Positions 44,311 through 55,003 of a stretch of DNA of 64,000 nt are shown here, piece by piece. A program made the translations under genes and the position numbers. This DNA comes from an uncultured Chloroflexia bacterium (GTDB lineage Bacteria > Chloroflexota > Anaerolineae > CG2-30-64-16). Location: positions 672,001 through 736,000 of the forward strand of contig CAWEMM010000012.1 of the NCBI GenBank assembly GCA_963810095.1. The letters are read 5' to 3'. Each line of letters opens with the position of its first letter. Positions within the stretch are counted from its first letter, which is position 1. The notes below the pieces were generated by a model. It worked only from the letters and a program-made list of their open reading frames with translations, made no database searches and was not told the DNA's origin.

Positions 44311-47113
44311 TCATTCAGCTCTTCCAGCAACTCGCGGCAGCTTCGCGCCCAAACTGCTTCTTCGCGCCCAGCCGCCCGCCCTTGTCGAAGAACTCGCCGT
44401 AATCGAAATCGTCCAGCGTCATCGCCAGGTTCAGGCCGATGTGGTCCACGATGCGATCGAGCCACCAGCGCTGCTGCTCCGTGAAACGCTGCCCCGCCGC
44501 CTCCTGCTCCCCCAGCCACGCTTCGTACCGCTGCCGCACGAGGCGGGGGTAAGGCACGAGCTCGTCGTCCAACTGCACAGCATGGCGCACGAGCGAGACG
44601 AGGTCGGTGAGCACCCGCTCCGATGCCGCGCCCTTGACCCGGTCCGCCTCGAGCTGGAGATACGCCAGCCACAGGCTCTCGGTGGTCCAGTTCGGGTGCG
44701 CAGCCGTGATCGCATCCGCCAACTGCTTGACCTGTTCGTACGTCAGCCGCTGCCGGCTGCGTGGCTCGTTGTAGATGATCTGCAGCGCCGTGATCTCGTC
44801 GCGGTGCTCCTCGATGAACTCCTTGAACGAGCGGACCGTGGCACGGGCCCGCTCGGTCGCTGCCTCGCTGAAGCCCGCCTCCAACACCCGGTCGACGCTG
44901 ACCCGGTCGATGGTTTGCTCCGACGCGGCGGTGGATGGCGATGAGCGCCGCGCGCAGGCCCGGCTTCATGAGCGGCGCGACGGCGGCCTCCGCCAGGGAC
45001 TCGGCAGTCGCCGCAACCTCTTCGGGGCTCGGCTCGGTGCCAGGCGGGAGAGCCCGGCGAGCCGCTTCGACTGCCCGGTCCGGGTCCAGCGCATCGAGCA
45101 GCCCGTTCGCGAGGTCCTGCAGCGATGCGCCGCCGGACTGGGTCGCGATGTCCTGGCGGTCGGCCTCAGTCAGTATGCGCTCGAGCCGCGCGAGCCGGGC
45201 CGTCAAGCGAGGAAAGGGTGTCGGCGTCGGTCGCGCCCCAGGCGACCTGTTCGAGCAGCTTCTCGAACGATACCGTGCGTTTGCGCTCCAGGGTCTGCGT
45301 GTCGACCTTCTCCTGCTCGACCACGCCGACCGCATCGACGATGACGAAGCGGGTCTTCTCCCGGGCGTCGGGCGTGACGGCCTGGAGGTCCTCCGGGTTG
45401 ATGATGCGGGTGCCCCGGCCCAGCATCTGCTCGAAGAGCACGCGCGACCTGACCGGCCGCATGAAGAGCAGGGCTTCGAGCGGCTTGATGTCGGTGCCGG
45501 TCGCAATCATGTCGACCGTGACCGCAATGCGGGGGAAGTAGGAGTTGCGGAACGAGTTGATCAGGTCCTCGGGCGAGACGCCGGAGACGCGATAGGTGAT
45601 CTTCTGGCAGAAGTCGTTGCCCTTGCCAAACTCCTCGCGCACGATCCGGACGATGTCCTCGGCGTGGCTGTCGTCCTTCGCGAAGACGAGCGTCTTGGGC
45701 ACCTCCGTGCGGCCGGGGAACAGGTCGGTGAAGAGCCGGTCGCGGAACGTGCGGACGACGGTGCGGATCTGGTCCATCGGCAACCACGTCGCGGTCGAGC
45801 TGGCTGCCCGCGTACGCGAAGTCCTCGTCCAGCCGCTCCCAGCGCACTGCCCGCGTCAGCCGGTCGCGGCGGTCCACGAAGTAGCCCGCATCGACCTTGC
45901 TCCCGCCCTCGGTGATCTGCGTGCGGATGCGGTAGACCTCGCCGTCGACGTTCACCCCGTCAGCCACGGCCCGGGTGCGGGGGTATTCCATCACCAGGTT
46001 GCCGTTGAAGAAACCGAGGGTCTGCTTCGAAGGCGTGGCGGTCAGGCCGACGAGGTGCGCGTCGAAGTACTCGAGCACCTGTCGCCACAGGTTGTAGATC
46101 GACCGGTGACACTCGTCGGTGAAGATCACGTCGAAGTACTCGACCGGCACGCGAGGGTTATAGGAGACGGTGACGGGCGGGCCGCTCAGGGCGGCCTCCA
46201 TGTCAAACCACGAGCGCTCCTCCGCTTCCGGGTCGAGCTCTTCGCCCGTCAGGATCGAGTAGAGCCGCTGGATGGTGGTGATGCACACCCGGCTCACCGG
46301 GTCGAGGACGCTCGAAGTCAGGCGCTGGACGTTGTACAGCTCGGTGAACTTGCGGCCGTCGTCCGGCGTGACGTACTGCTGGAACTCCTTCAGCGTCTGG
46401 CGGCCCAGGTTGCTGCGGTCGACGAGGAAGAGCACCCGTCGCGCGCCCGCGTGCTTGATCAGGCGATAGACGGCGCTGACCGCAGTGTAGGTCTTGCCCG
46501 AGCCGGTGGCCATCTGGACGAGCGAGCGGGGCCGGTCCGCCGCGAGCGAGCCCTCGAGGTTGTGGATCGCCTCGATCTGCGCGCCCCATAGGCCCGTCGT
46601 CAGTAGGGGCGGAGACCCGTCGGCCGACGGACCCCCGCCCAACTCGCGCAGGCGGGTGCGCAGCGTAGGAGGCGGAGCAAGCAAGCCAGGGCGCCCGGCG
46701 CCCACCCATTCGGCAAGCGTTTCGGGGCGGTGAAAGGCGAAGACGCGGCGGCTGCGCGGCTCCGGGTCCAGGCAGTTGGTGAAGAAGGTCTCGACCCCCG
46801 AGCTTTCATAGAGGAAGGGCAACGGCCGGGTCCATGCCTTGAGCGACGTGGGCAGGCCCGCCCCGTAGCTTGCCGACTGCGACTCGATGCCGCTGAGCGG
46901 CGTGCCGGCGGCCTTGGCCTCGATCGCGCCCGCGGCCTTCCTGTCGACGAAGAGAAGGTAGTCGGCGAAGCCGGTGGTGAGCGGAAACTCCCGGATGGCT
47001 ACCCCGCGAGCAGCGGTCAGGTCGGATTCGGCGCGGTCCTGAACGGCCCAGCCGGCCGCGGCGAGCGCGCGGTCGATGAGCGTTGCCCGGGTGCCGGCTT
47101 CGGAGAGAGTCAT
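44311..47113 (-). CDS. hsdR: Type I R-M restriction subunit (EcoEI-like; frameshifted)
   Basis: ADY.L..IEAK, MATGSGKT, FLVDR, DECHR, GLTATP, QMLGRGTR. Confidence 0.92.
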
Positions 47114-47370
47114 GCTGCTGCCGCGCCTCGTTGGGTGGTGAGGGAAGAAAAAGCCGCCTCGGTTTGCCCCGGGGCGGCTGGATGAGCAAAGGCTCCACGC
47201 TGTCAGGAGGCCTGCGTTGCCGCCCTGAAGGACGGTGCGCCTTTGGGGGCCTGCTGCCGTCCGACGCCAGATATGTTACCACACCGGCTTAGTGCCCGCA
47301 AAGTCCTCCAGGCCTCGCAACATCGATTGATGCAAATACGATCGTTTGTGCTATCATCCATCTGGCACCG

Positions 47371-48024
47371 GTGGCCGACGGCCATCCCATCAAGTCATGT
47401 TGGAGATCTGCATTGCGGGATAATCAATACGCCACCATCGCCGCCACGTTCGATGAACTCATCCGACGGCTGCAGGAATATGGGGACGCGTTCCCACCGC
47501 CCGGGTGCAAGGGCATCCGGTTTGCATTTCCAGATCAGATGTACGTCTTTGACTCCGGGCCGTCCGGGGGTTGGACCGCAACCGCCCACTGCTACTCCCG
47601 CTGGGAGACCAACGAGCCGCTCTTCCTGGTCGTCGGGCATGAAGCCAAGGCGAGCTGCCGCGTCCGCACGCGCTGCGTCGAACCGCGCATCAAGGGCTGG
47701 TTTGAGGTCATGCTGGACTGGCTCGCGCCTAAATGGGATACAGACGAGGTTCAGCCACTGCCCGCCGTGCCCTTGATCGGCGCGACCGCCCCCGTCCTTC
47801 CGGTCGAGCCTGAGCCCGGCGCGCCGCCCAAACGCCGTCGCGGCCCCAAGCCGGGTAAAACGCCCGAAGAGATGGAGGCCATCTGCGTCGAATGGCTGGA
47901 GAAGGCGCAATTTGTCGACGAGATGTGGCTCTTCTGCGACAAGCACCGTATCTCAGAAGATGCACTCAAAAAGGCGCTGCGCGCACGAGAAGAGCGTATA
48001 AAGAAGGGACTGCCTCCGATCTAA
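47371..48024 (+). CDS. Hypothetical protein with possible C-terminal HTH
   Basis: 217-aa ORF; basic KRRRGPKPG followed by a helical tail. Confidence 0.5.
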   Translation: MADGHPIKSCWRSALRDNQYATIAATFDELIRRLQEYGDAFPPPGCKGIRFAFPDQMYVFDSGPSGGWTATAHCYSRWETNEPLFLVVGHEAKASCRVRTRCVEPRIKGWFEVMLDWLAPKWDTDEVQPLPAVPLIGATAPVLPVEPEPGAPPKRRRGPKPGKTPEEMEAICVEWLEKAQFVDEMWLFCDKHRISEDALKKALRAREERIKKGLPPI

Positions 48025-48113
48025 AACGAAATAGCAGCGAAACTCGAAGGAAATAGCAGTGGAATTATCCGCCTCCGGTGGCCTACAGTGAGGGCCAAGG
48101 GAGGCGGTTTTTT

Positions 48114-49682
48114 ATGTCCGACACACCGGCATCGCCCGGCTTCACCCGTATCGACAACCGGGTCATCACGGAGCACGCGCCGCGCATCGGCGCGCACGCG
48201 CTGGCGGTCTACGCCGTCCTGGCGCTGCACGCGCACAACATTACCCGGCAGTGCTATCCGTCGACCCGGACCATCAGCCGGCTGTCGAAGCTCAGCCGGC
48301 CAACGGTGCTGAAGGCAATCGAGAAACTAGAGGAGGAAGGATTGATCAGGATCGAGCGAAAGCGGACGAAAGGCGGCAAGCCCCTAGTGAATGTCTACAC
48401 GCTGCTGCCGGTAGGTCACACCGGTATACCGACAAAGGTCAAGCAGGTTGACCAAGTAGGTCAAGGAGCTTTACCAGAACAAGACTTAATTAACAAGACT
48501 AAGGAGAACTATGCCGCGGGCACCCAGCCGGCACCGGGGATAGATCCCGATCCGGATCACCCTGCCGTCGCAGCTTACCAGGCACGCTTCCGGCTGAAGC
48601 CGAACCGGGCGCAGGCCGAGGCGATCGCGGCGACGGTGTCCGACCTGGCCGCCTGGGACGAGGTGCTGCGGCTCTGGGAGCTGCGGGACTACCGGACCTC
48701 GAACGTCGAAGGTCTGCTCGACCGGTACCTGAAGGAGATGTCGGGGAGGAACGGCAGGAATGGGAACCATGCAGGCAGTTGGGGGAATCCGCGCAGTAGG
48801 CGACCTGGTTGCCAGGGCGATGGCGACGGCGAGCGGCGAGCATACCGGTCAGAAACTCCTGAGGAGGCCGCCCGACGAGACGCCGAGTGGGAGGCCCTGG
48901 TTAGAGACTCCCTGCCGGCAGGGACTCCCTCGGCAGGGACTCCCTCGGCAGAGAATCCCGAACAAGGAGTGCAGGCGGTGATTCATAACCTGATTCCGAT
49001 CGACAGGCGGCCCGAAGTGGTGTGCCCTCTCTGCAAGGACAAGGCGTTCGTGCAGATGGACGTGCCCTACGGACACCCGATGTTCGGCAAGCTGATCCCG
49101 TGCCCTCAGTGCAGCCAGGCCAACCAGCAGCAGCTCCTGGTTTCAGCCTGCGGGCTCACGGTCGAGAAGCTGGGCTGGACGTTCGCCAACACGATGCGCC
49201 GGCCCGAGCTCGCAGAGGTGTACGACACGGCGCTGGCCCTGGCCGGGAAGCCCCGCCGCTTCCTGACCCTCCAAGGGGAGCCTGGCGTCGGCAAGACCCG
49301 GTTCCTGGCTTGCATCATCAATGAAGCCGTTGCGAAAGGGTTCACGGCCGTCTATATGACCATGCCCGACCTTTTGGATTACCTGCGCACCGGCTACGCA
49401 CCGAACGCGGCCACAACCTATGATGCGCGCTGGCAGCCGCTGATAGACGCCCGCGTGCTGTGCATCGACGAGATCGACCGGTACAGCCCGACGCCATGGG
49501 CCGAGCAGAAAGTCTTCCAGTTGATCAACGCCCGGTACGAGAACGGGCAGGACCACCTGACGTGCTTTGCGTTGAACGCAGCAATTGACACGCTGCCCGA
49601 TTACCTGCAGAGCCGCCTCCGGGACCGCCAGTGTTACCTGTTCCACCTGGCCGGCCAGGACGTGCGGCAGCGGAAGCGTTGA
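48114..49682 (+). CDS. Phage-type replication initiator (wHTH) in frame with a DnaC/IstB-like ATPase
   Basis: FTRIDN...CYPS.RTI..LS.PTV.KAI..LEE.GLI; CPLC..CPQC; GEPGVGKT; LCIDEI; SRL. Confidence 0.8.
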   Translation: MSDTPASPGFTRIDNRVITEHAPRIGAHALAVYAVLALHAHNITRQCYPSTRTISRLSKLSRPTVLKAIEKLEEEGLIRIERKRTKGGKPLVNVYTLLPVGHTGIPTKVKQVDQVGQGALPEQDLINKTKENYAAGTQPAPGIDPDPDHPAVAAYQARFRLKPNRAQAEAIAATVSDLAAWDEVLRLWELRDYRTSNVEGLLDRYLKEMSGRNGRNGNHAGSWGNPRSRRPGCQGDGDGERRAYRSETPEEAARRDAEWEALVRDSLPAGTPSAGTPSAENPEQGVQAVIHNLIPIDRRPEVVCPLCKDKAFVQMDVPYGHPMFGKLIPCPQCSQANQQQLLVSACGLTVEKLGWTFANTMRRPELAEVYDTALALAGKPRRFLTLQGEPGVGKTRFLACIINEAVAKGFTAVYMTMPDLLDYLRTGYAPNAATTYDARWQPLIDARVLCIDEIDRYSPTPWAEQKVFQLINARYENGQDHLTCFALNAAIDTLPDYLQSRLRDRQCYLFHLAGQDVRQRKR

Positions 49683-49695
49683 GGGGAGGAATAAC

Positions 49696-50112
49696 ATGGC
49701 TGCTTCGAGCAATACCACGTGGTCGAAGGGGTTCAGCGAGAACCCGTACGGGCTGGCGAGAGGCGACGTTGGGCTGGCCGAGATGGTCCGCCAGGTGGCC
49801 GGCGAGTGGCTCGTCTATCCAGCCGGCAACGATGGTGACTTGCACATGAGCCGGCAAGAAGCCCTGGTGCGCACGCTTTGGACCCGGGCCGTGATCGATG
49901 GCGACATGACGGCCATCAAGCTTCTGGTGGAGCTGCTGGAGGGCAAGGGCGCCGGGACCGGCGAGGCCGGCGGCGCCGTGCTCACCGCCGACGACCTGGC
50001 CCGGGCCGAGGCGGCGCTCCTCGCCTGGGCCGACGAGCACCTTCTGCCCGAGACCGGGACGGCGGCCGGCGACGACCAGCCGGCGCAGGAGGGGCGCGAC
50101 GATGGACGATAA
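49696..50112 (+). CDS. Putative terminase small subunit (DUF5681-like)
   Basis: GGAGG RBS; WSKGFSENPYG resembles the FxxGQSGNPxG motif; 'AVIDGDMTAIKLL.E.LEGK'; precedes TerL. Confidence 0.6.
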   Translation: MAASSNTTWSKGFSENPYGLARGDVGLAEMVRQVAGEWLVYPAGNDGDLHMSRQEALVRTLWTRAVIDGDMTAIKLLVELLEGKGAGTGEAGGAVLTADDLARAEAALLAWADEHLLPETGTAAGDDQPAQEGRDDGR

Positions 50113-51633
50113 CCTCGATTCGGGTGCGCTCTGGCTGGCGTGCTCGAGGTCGCCGGCCTTTTTCCTCGACCGCTGCGGCTATCTCTATGACCCGACGGGG
50201 CGGCCGGGCGAGGCGGGTGGCTGGCGGCGCTTTCGCCTCTGGCCCAGCCAGGTGCGGGCGATGGAGACGCTGGCGGCCAACCCGCGATGCGTGATGCTCA
50301 AGGCCCGCCAGCTCGGCATGAGTTGGCTGACCGTCGGATTCGCCCTGTGGCTCATGCTGTTCCGCCCGGCCGCCACGGTGCTGCTCTTCTCCAAGCGCGA
50401 CGACGAGGCGGTGCACCTGCTCAGCTTCCGCCTGCGGGGCATGTACGACCGCCTGCCCCGCCCGCTGCAGGCCGCCGCCATCGTCCGGGACAACGCGCAC
50501 GAGTTCCGCCTGTCCAACGGGTCGGCGGCGTTGGCGTTCCCAACCACGGGCGGGCGGTCCTACACGGCCAGCCTGGCGATCGTGGACGAGGCCGACTTTG
50601 TCGGCGGGGCCGCCGGCGACGACCTGGACAGCCTGCTCAACGCGGTCAAGCCGACCGTGGACGCGGGCGGGCGGCTGATCCTGCTCTCCACGGTCGACAA
50701 GTCCCGCCCGGAATCCGCCTTCAAGCGCATCTACCGGGCGGCGGCCAGCCGCCGGAACGGGGCCGCCGGGGGCGGGTGGGCGCCCATCTTCCTGCCCTGG
50801 GACGCCCGCCCCGGCCGGACGCTCCAATGGTACGCGGAGCAGGCGGACGACGTGCGGGCGCGCACCGGCGGGCTCGACGACCTGTACCAGGAGTACCCGG
50901 CGACCGAGGCCGAGGCGCTGGCCCCCCGGGCGGTCGACAAGATCTTCCGGGCCGAGTGGCTGGCCGCCTGCTACAAGCCGCTCGTGTGGCCGGGCCAGTT
51001 GCCCAAGAAGTACGCGAGCCGCGCCAGCCCTTGCCCGAGCTGCCGCAGGCCATCATCCACGTTCCGCCTGCACCGGGCAGGTATTACGTGATCGGGGCCG
51101 ACCCAGCCGAAGGCAACCCCGAGTCGGACGAGAGCGCGGCGGTCGTGCTGGATGCGATCACGGGCGAGCAGGCCGCAACATTGGGCGAGCGGGCCGATCC
51201 TGCCCGCTTCGCCGACCACTTGAACGTGCTCGGCCGCTTCTACAACGACGCGGCGGTCATGGTCGAGCGCAACAACCACGGCCATGCGGTGCTGTTGCGG
51301 CTGCGGGAGACGACGATGCTCAACGTGCTGCGGGGGCTCGACAAGGAGCCAGGCTGGATGACGACGGGCGCGAGCAAGCCAGTAGCCTTCGACCATGCCG
51401 CCGCAACCATCCGGGAAGGCGGCCTCGCCCTGCACGATGAGACGACGTATTTCCAGATGGCGTCGGTGGACGGCAACACGCTGAAGGCGCCGCCGGGGCA
51501 GCACGACGACCGAGCCATGGCGGTGGTGCTGGCACTCGCGGCGCTCAAGTGGTGCAGCGTCATCAGCTGCGGCGCGAGCGTGATGATTCCGCCAAGGGAC
51601 TGGCTGTGGGAGGCGGACCACGGTCCCTGGTGA
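50102..51633 (+). CDS. terL: Phage terminase large subunit (frameshift near 51030)
   Basis: LKARQLGMS (Walker A), IVDEAD (Walker B), LLST, IGADPAEG, VERNNHG, HDDRAMA. Confidence 0.88.
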
Positions 51634-51655
51634 GAGGAGGGGCGGGGCGTATCAG

Positions 51656-51682
51656 GTAGGGGCGGGCGGTGTGCCCGCCCCT
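51656..51682. repeat. GTAG-type REP hairpin
   Basis: GTAGGGGCGGGC-GGTGT-GCCCGCCCCT. Confidence 0.55.
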
Positions 51683-51756
51683 GTCATTTGCGCTGCGACC
51701 GCTTAACCTCCGTGGCACACGCTGAGAGGGTTGGAGCTGGTTCCGGCGCAGGGGCT

Positions 51757-52329
51757 TTATGCGGCGTCCGCCGCCTCGCCGCCTGCCATGAATGCCGGGT
51801 GAAAAGCCACCCTGCCCTCCGGCATGCGTGCGGCCGAAGACGCCGCGGAATCGAAAGCCAGGGCGAAGAAGGCCTCCGGTGGCACACCTTCAACCACCAG
51901 TCCCGCCGGGTTTTTGAACCCGAACCTCGGGTAGTAACTCGGGTGCCCCACCAGCACGCACCCACGGGCGCCCAGCGCCTTCAGGCGCGCGAGGCCCTCC
52001 CAAATGAGGGCCTCGCCGATTCCCTGCCGCTGGTGCGCGGGCAACACCGAAACAGGCCCAAGGCCATACCAGCCCGCCGTGCCGTCCGAAATGGTGACGG
52101 GAGAAAAGGCGATATGTCCGACCAGCCGGCCGTGCAGCTCAGCGACAAGCGACACGGTGAGCGCGTTGTCGGCGCGCAGCGCGGCGACGATGAACTGCTC
52201 TGTCTGGCTGCTGATCTCCAATGTCTCGAACGCCTCAACAGTCACTGCAGTGATGGCGCTGGCATCCGCCTCGGTTTCGTCCCGGATAACGAGGCCAGGA
52301 ATCAGGGGTGTCGCGTTTCGGTCTCCCAT
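51757..52329 (-). CDS. GNAT acetyltransferase (YhbS-like)
   Basis: VGHIAFSPV, LGPVSVLP.HQRQGIG, LVGHPSYYPRFGF. Confidence 0.88.
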   Translation of the reverse strand: MGDRNATPLIPGLVIRDETEADASAITAVTVEAFETLEISSQTEQFIVAALRADNALTVSLVAELHGRLVGHIAFSPVTISDGTAGWYGLGPVSVLPAHQRQGIGEALIWEGLARLKALGARGCVLVGHPSYYPRFGFKNPAGLVVEGVPPEAFFALAFDSAASSAARMPEGRVAFHPAFMAGGEAADAA

Positions 52330-52337
52330 GCTAATCC

Positions 52338-53346
52338 TTACCCGCTCGCCGCCACGGCGGCTGCAAAGCGAGCGTTTGCTTCCCGGAGGCTGCTCTCGGC
52401 CTCCACACCGCGCGCCAGGGACCACGCCACCAGGTCGAACAGCGCCTGGCCCAGCACTTCGGGCGTCAGGGGCTCGCCGGGCCCCAGGTTCTCCAGCGGC
52501 GCCCAGGGGTGGGCGGGGGGCGTGCTCGCCCGCAGGCGCGGCTCGTCCGACTTTACGAGGCGCGACATGCGATCCAGGTACGACTCGGCCTGGGCCAATG
52601 CGGGCAAACCCTTGGGCACGCCCGACAGCGGCGATTTCTTCTCCGGCGTCGAGTCCGCCCCGCTCTTGGCCCGCTCGGCCGCCTTGATCGCCTCCCAGTT
52701 CGCCAGCACCTCATCCGTCCCGCTCACGGCCACCTCGCCGAACACATGCGGGTGGCGCCGGATCAGCTTCTCCACGATATGGCGCACGACCTCGGGGAAG
52801 CGGTAGTCGCCTTCCTCCGTCGCGATCTGCGCCTGGAGCGAGATCTGCAGGAGCAGGTCGCCCTCTTCCTCCAGCACCTTGTGGGGGTCGCCCTGATCCA
52901 GCGCGTCGAGCAACTCGTAGGTCTCTTCGAGCAGGAAGGGGCGCAGCTTGTCCCACGTCAGTTCGCGATCCCACGGGCAGCCGTCCGGCGCGCGCAGCCG
53001 CGCAGAGATGTTCTGCAGCGCAGAGTAGGAGCCGGGATAAGGCAGGGGCGGCACATAGAGGGCCGTCGCGCCGAGACCGTCTGCCAGGTCCGAAAGCGGC
53101 ACCGCCTGCGCCGCGCTCGCGCACGACCTGTACCCCGTGGCCGCCCGGATACGCTTGCAGCAACACCTGGCGGATGCGCGCAGCGTCGGCTCCGGACAGA
53201 TTCAGCACCAGGACCGGGCTGGAGGGGTCGAACAAGGGGTAGTACTGCTCTGCCAGCGCCGCAGCGTCGATCAACTGCAGGGTATCTAGCGACGGCGACC
53301 CCAGGAGCTCGAGCGCCGCCGTCACTTCACTCATTACAATGGTCAT
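52338..53346 (-). CDS. mazG: MazG-family NTP pyrophosphohydrolase with YabN-like N-terminus (frameshift near 53110)
   Basis: LRAPDGCPWD, EETYELLDA, EE.GDLL, KLIRRHPHVFG, NWEAIK. Confidence 0.85.
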
Positions 53347-53436
53347 GCTTCACGCCTCCGGCCCCGATTATACTCGACGGCCCGGTCCCGACGAATGAAG
53401 CGGCGAGTTCAAACACGGGATGCCGGCGCCCGTAGC

Positions 53437-53883
53437 TTAAGCACGCGCGTACTGAGCCAGAACGGCGATTTCCTCCTGCCCGTCCGGGGTGATGTTGAAC
53501 ATCCGCAGTAGGAAGGCGCCGCCCTCCGTGCCGAGCTCCAGGCGCCAGCCCCAGTCGGGCCCCGGCGGAGCGGCATAAGAGCCGCGCAGGGCGACGAAAC
53601 CGGCCGGGTCGATCGAGGCCTCGCACACCATGATGACCTCGCTCATGTGCCACGAGTCGAGCCAGGTGGCGACCACCGGCGTGGCGCCAAGAGACGCCGG
53701 GAAAATGATGAGACCCTCCGCCGGCTCGTCCTCCACCTGCCAGGCATAGTCGATCGAGACGAAACGGTCGCGGGCAATCATGCGCACGGAGGCGGTTGAT
53801 ACACAGTCGTAGGTCTTGCCCTCGAGAAAAAGCCGGCTGGGTCCGGACCACTCGCCCAGCAGGGCTGAAAACGGTGAAGTCAT
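53437..53883 (-). CDS. DUF1579-like hypothetical protein
   Basis: LLGEWSG, WLDSWHM, PDWGWR. Confidence 0.6.
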   Translation of the reverse strand: MTSPFSALLGEWSGPSRLFLEGKTYDCVSTASVRMIARDRFVSIDYAWQVEDEPAEGLIIFPASLGATPVVATWLDSWHMSEVIMVCEASIDPAGFVALRGSYAAPPGPDWGWRLELGTEGGAFLLRMFNITPDGQEEIAVLAQYARA

Positions 53884-53925
53884 CGTTCCCTCTTTTCTTG
53901 TACCCCGTTCTTCTTCTGCATCGAG

Positions 53926-54210
53926 CTAGCCCACCTGGAGCCGCACGGTCACCGTCTCGCCGTTTTCCAGCCCCTCGGCCTTGCGGACGCTGTCCTTGAG
54001 CGGCACGATGTAGCTGCCGTCCTTGGGAAACAGGGCCGTCTCCCACTTGGTCTGGCCGATCTGCACGCGGGCCGGAATCATGCCCCAGCCATAGGTGAGG
54101 ACCTTAAGCATGGCCTTCAGCGCGTCGCTCGGCTCGGCCGGCACGGTGACGAAGTAGAACGGGGCCGGGCCCCGCCAGTACCAAATCTCGCCGCTAAACT
54201 CGATATCCAT
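53926..54210 (-). CDS. DUF1905-domain protein
   Basis: WRGPAPFYFV, YGWG.IP, TALFPKDG.Y.VPLK. Confidence 0.8.
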   Translation of the reverse strand: MDIEFSGEIWYWRGPAPFYFVTVPAEPSDALKAMLKVLTYGWGMIPARVQIGQTKWETALFPKDGSYIVPLKDSVRKAEGLENGETVTVRLQVG

Positions 54211-54282
54211 AATTGGAACCCCTGCCCTCATGGTAAAATGCGTCGGGGCATTGTACCACGGGAGGCTGCGCACCCTTGACCC

Positions 54283-54900
54283 TTCGCAGGGGGCGAGCCC
54301 GCCCCTGCATCTTATTGCCTTTGCTTATATTCGCAGGGGGCGAGCCCGCCCTGCACCCTGGCCGGGGGGCTTCGCAGACATGGCTTTTTGGCAGGGGCCC
54401 TCCGGCCCCCGCCGCCCCCGACGAGGGGCTTCGCCCCCTCGACCCCTAAAGGTTAAGGGGGCGCGGGGCTTTCGCCATAGAACGCAGTGTCTGGACAGCC
54501 CTCTGGGCGTGTCAGCAACGACATTCCACGAACGTGGGTCTGTGGAGATATGCTTGTGGTGGCCCCATGGGTTTGGAGCCTGGACCGTTATCCGTCGAGA
54601 CAAACGATTGGGGCGTAGCCTTTGGGGGTTTCGGGGGCAAGGCCCCCGAAGCGGGGGCGTTGGGGGCGAGCCCGCCCCCAACAGAAGAAAGCAGAAGCGG
54701 GGGCGTCGGGGGCGAGCACGCCCCCGACAGAAAGAAGAAAGATGAAGAGGGGCGTCGGGGGCGAGCCCGCCCCCGACAGAAAGAAAGAAGAAGAGGGGCG
54801 AGGGGGCGGGCCCGCCCCCCACAGAAGAAAGATGAAGAGGGGCGTCGGGGGCGAGCCCGCCCCCGACAGAAGAAAGATGAAGAGGGGGCGCCGGCCCGCA
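54283..54900 (+). repeat. Dispersed palindromic non-coding element, copy 2
   Basis: 61-nt core at 54505-54565; about 5 tandem GGGGGCGAGCCCGCCCCC-ACAGAAGAAAG units at 54650-54890. Confidence 0.8.
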
Positions 54901-55003
54901 CGCTGCGGGTGGCCCGCCCTGCTCCTTTGCGCTATAATCGGGCCAGTCCGTTGCAGGATCGAGCGGCTTCTCGGCCGCTCGCTTTCTTTGTGGGAGGTGA
55001 GCC

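Noticed and set aside
48969-49682. IS21 element (IstB)
   Set aside because: No IstA transposase; a Zn-finger plus upstream initiator indicates a phage DnaC-like loader.
47371-51633. Intact prophage
   Set aside because: No integrase, portal, capsid, tail or lysis genes and no att repeats seen.
54650-54890. CRISPR-like array
   Set aside because: Inter-hairpin segments are near-identical purine tracts, not unique spacers.
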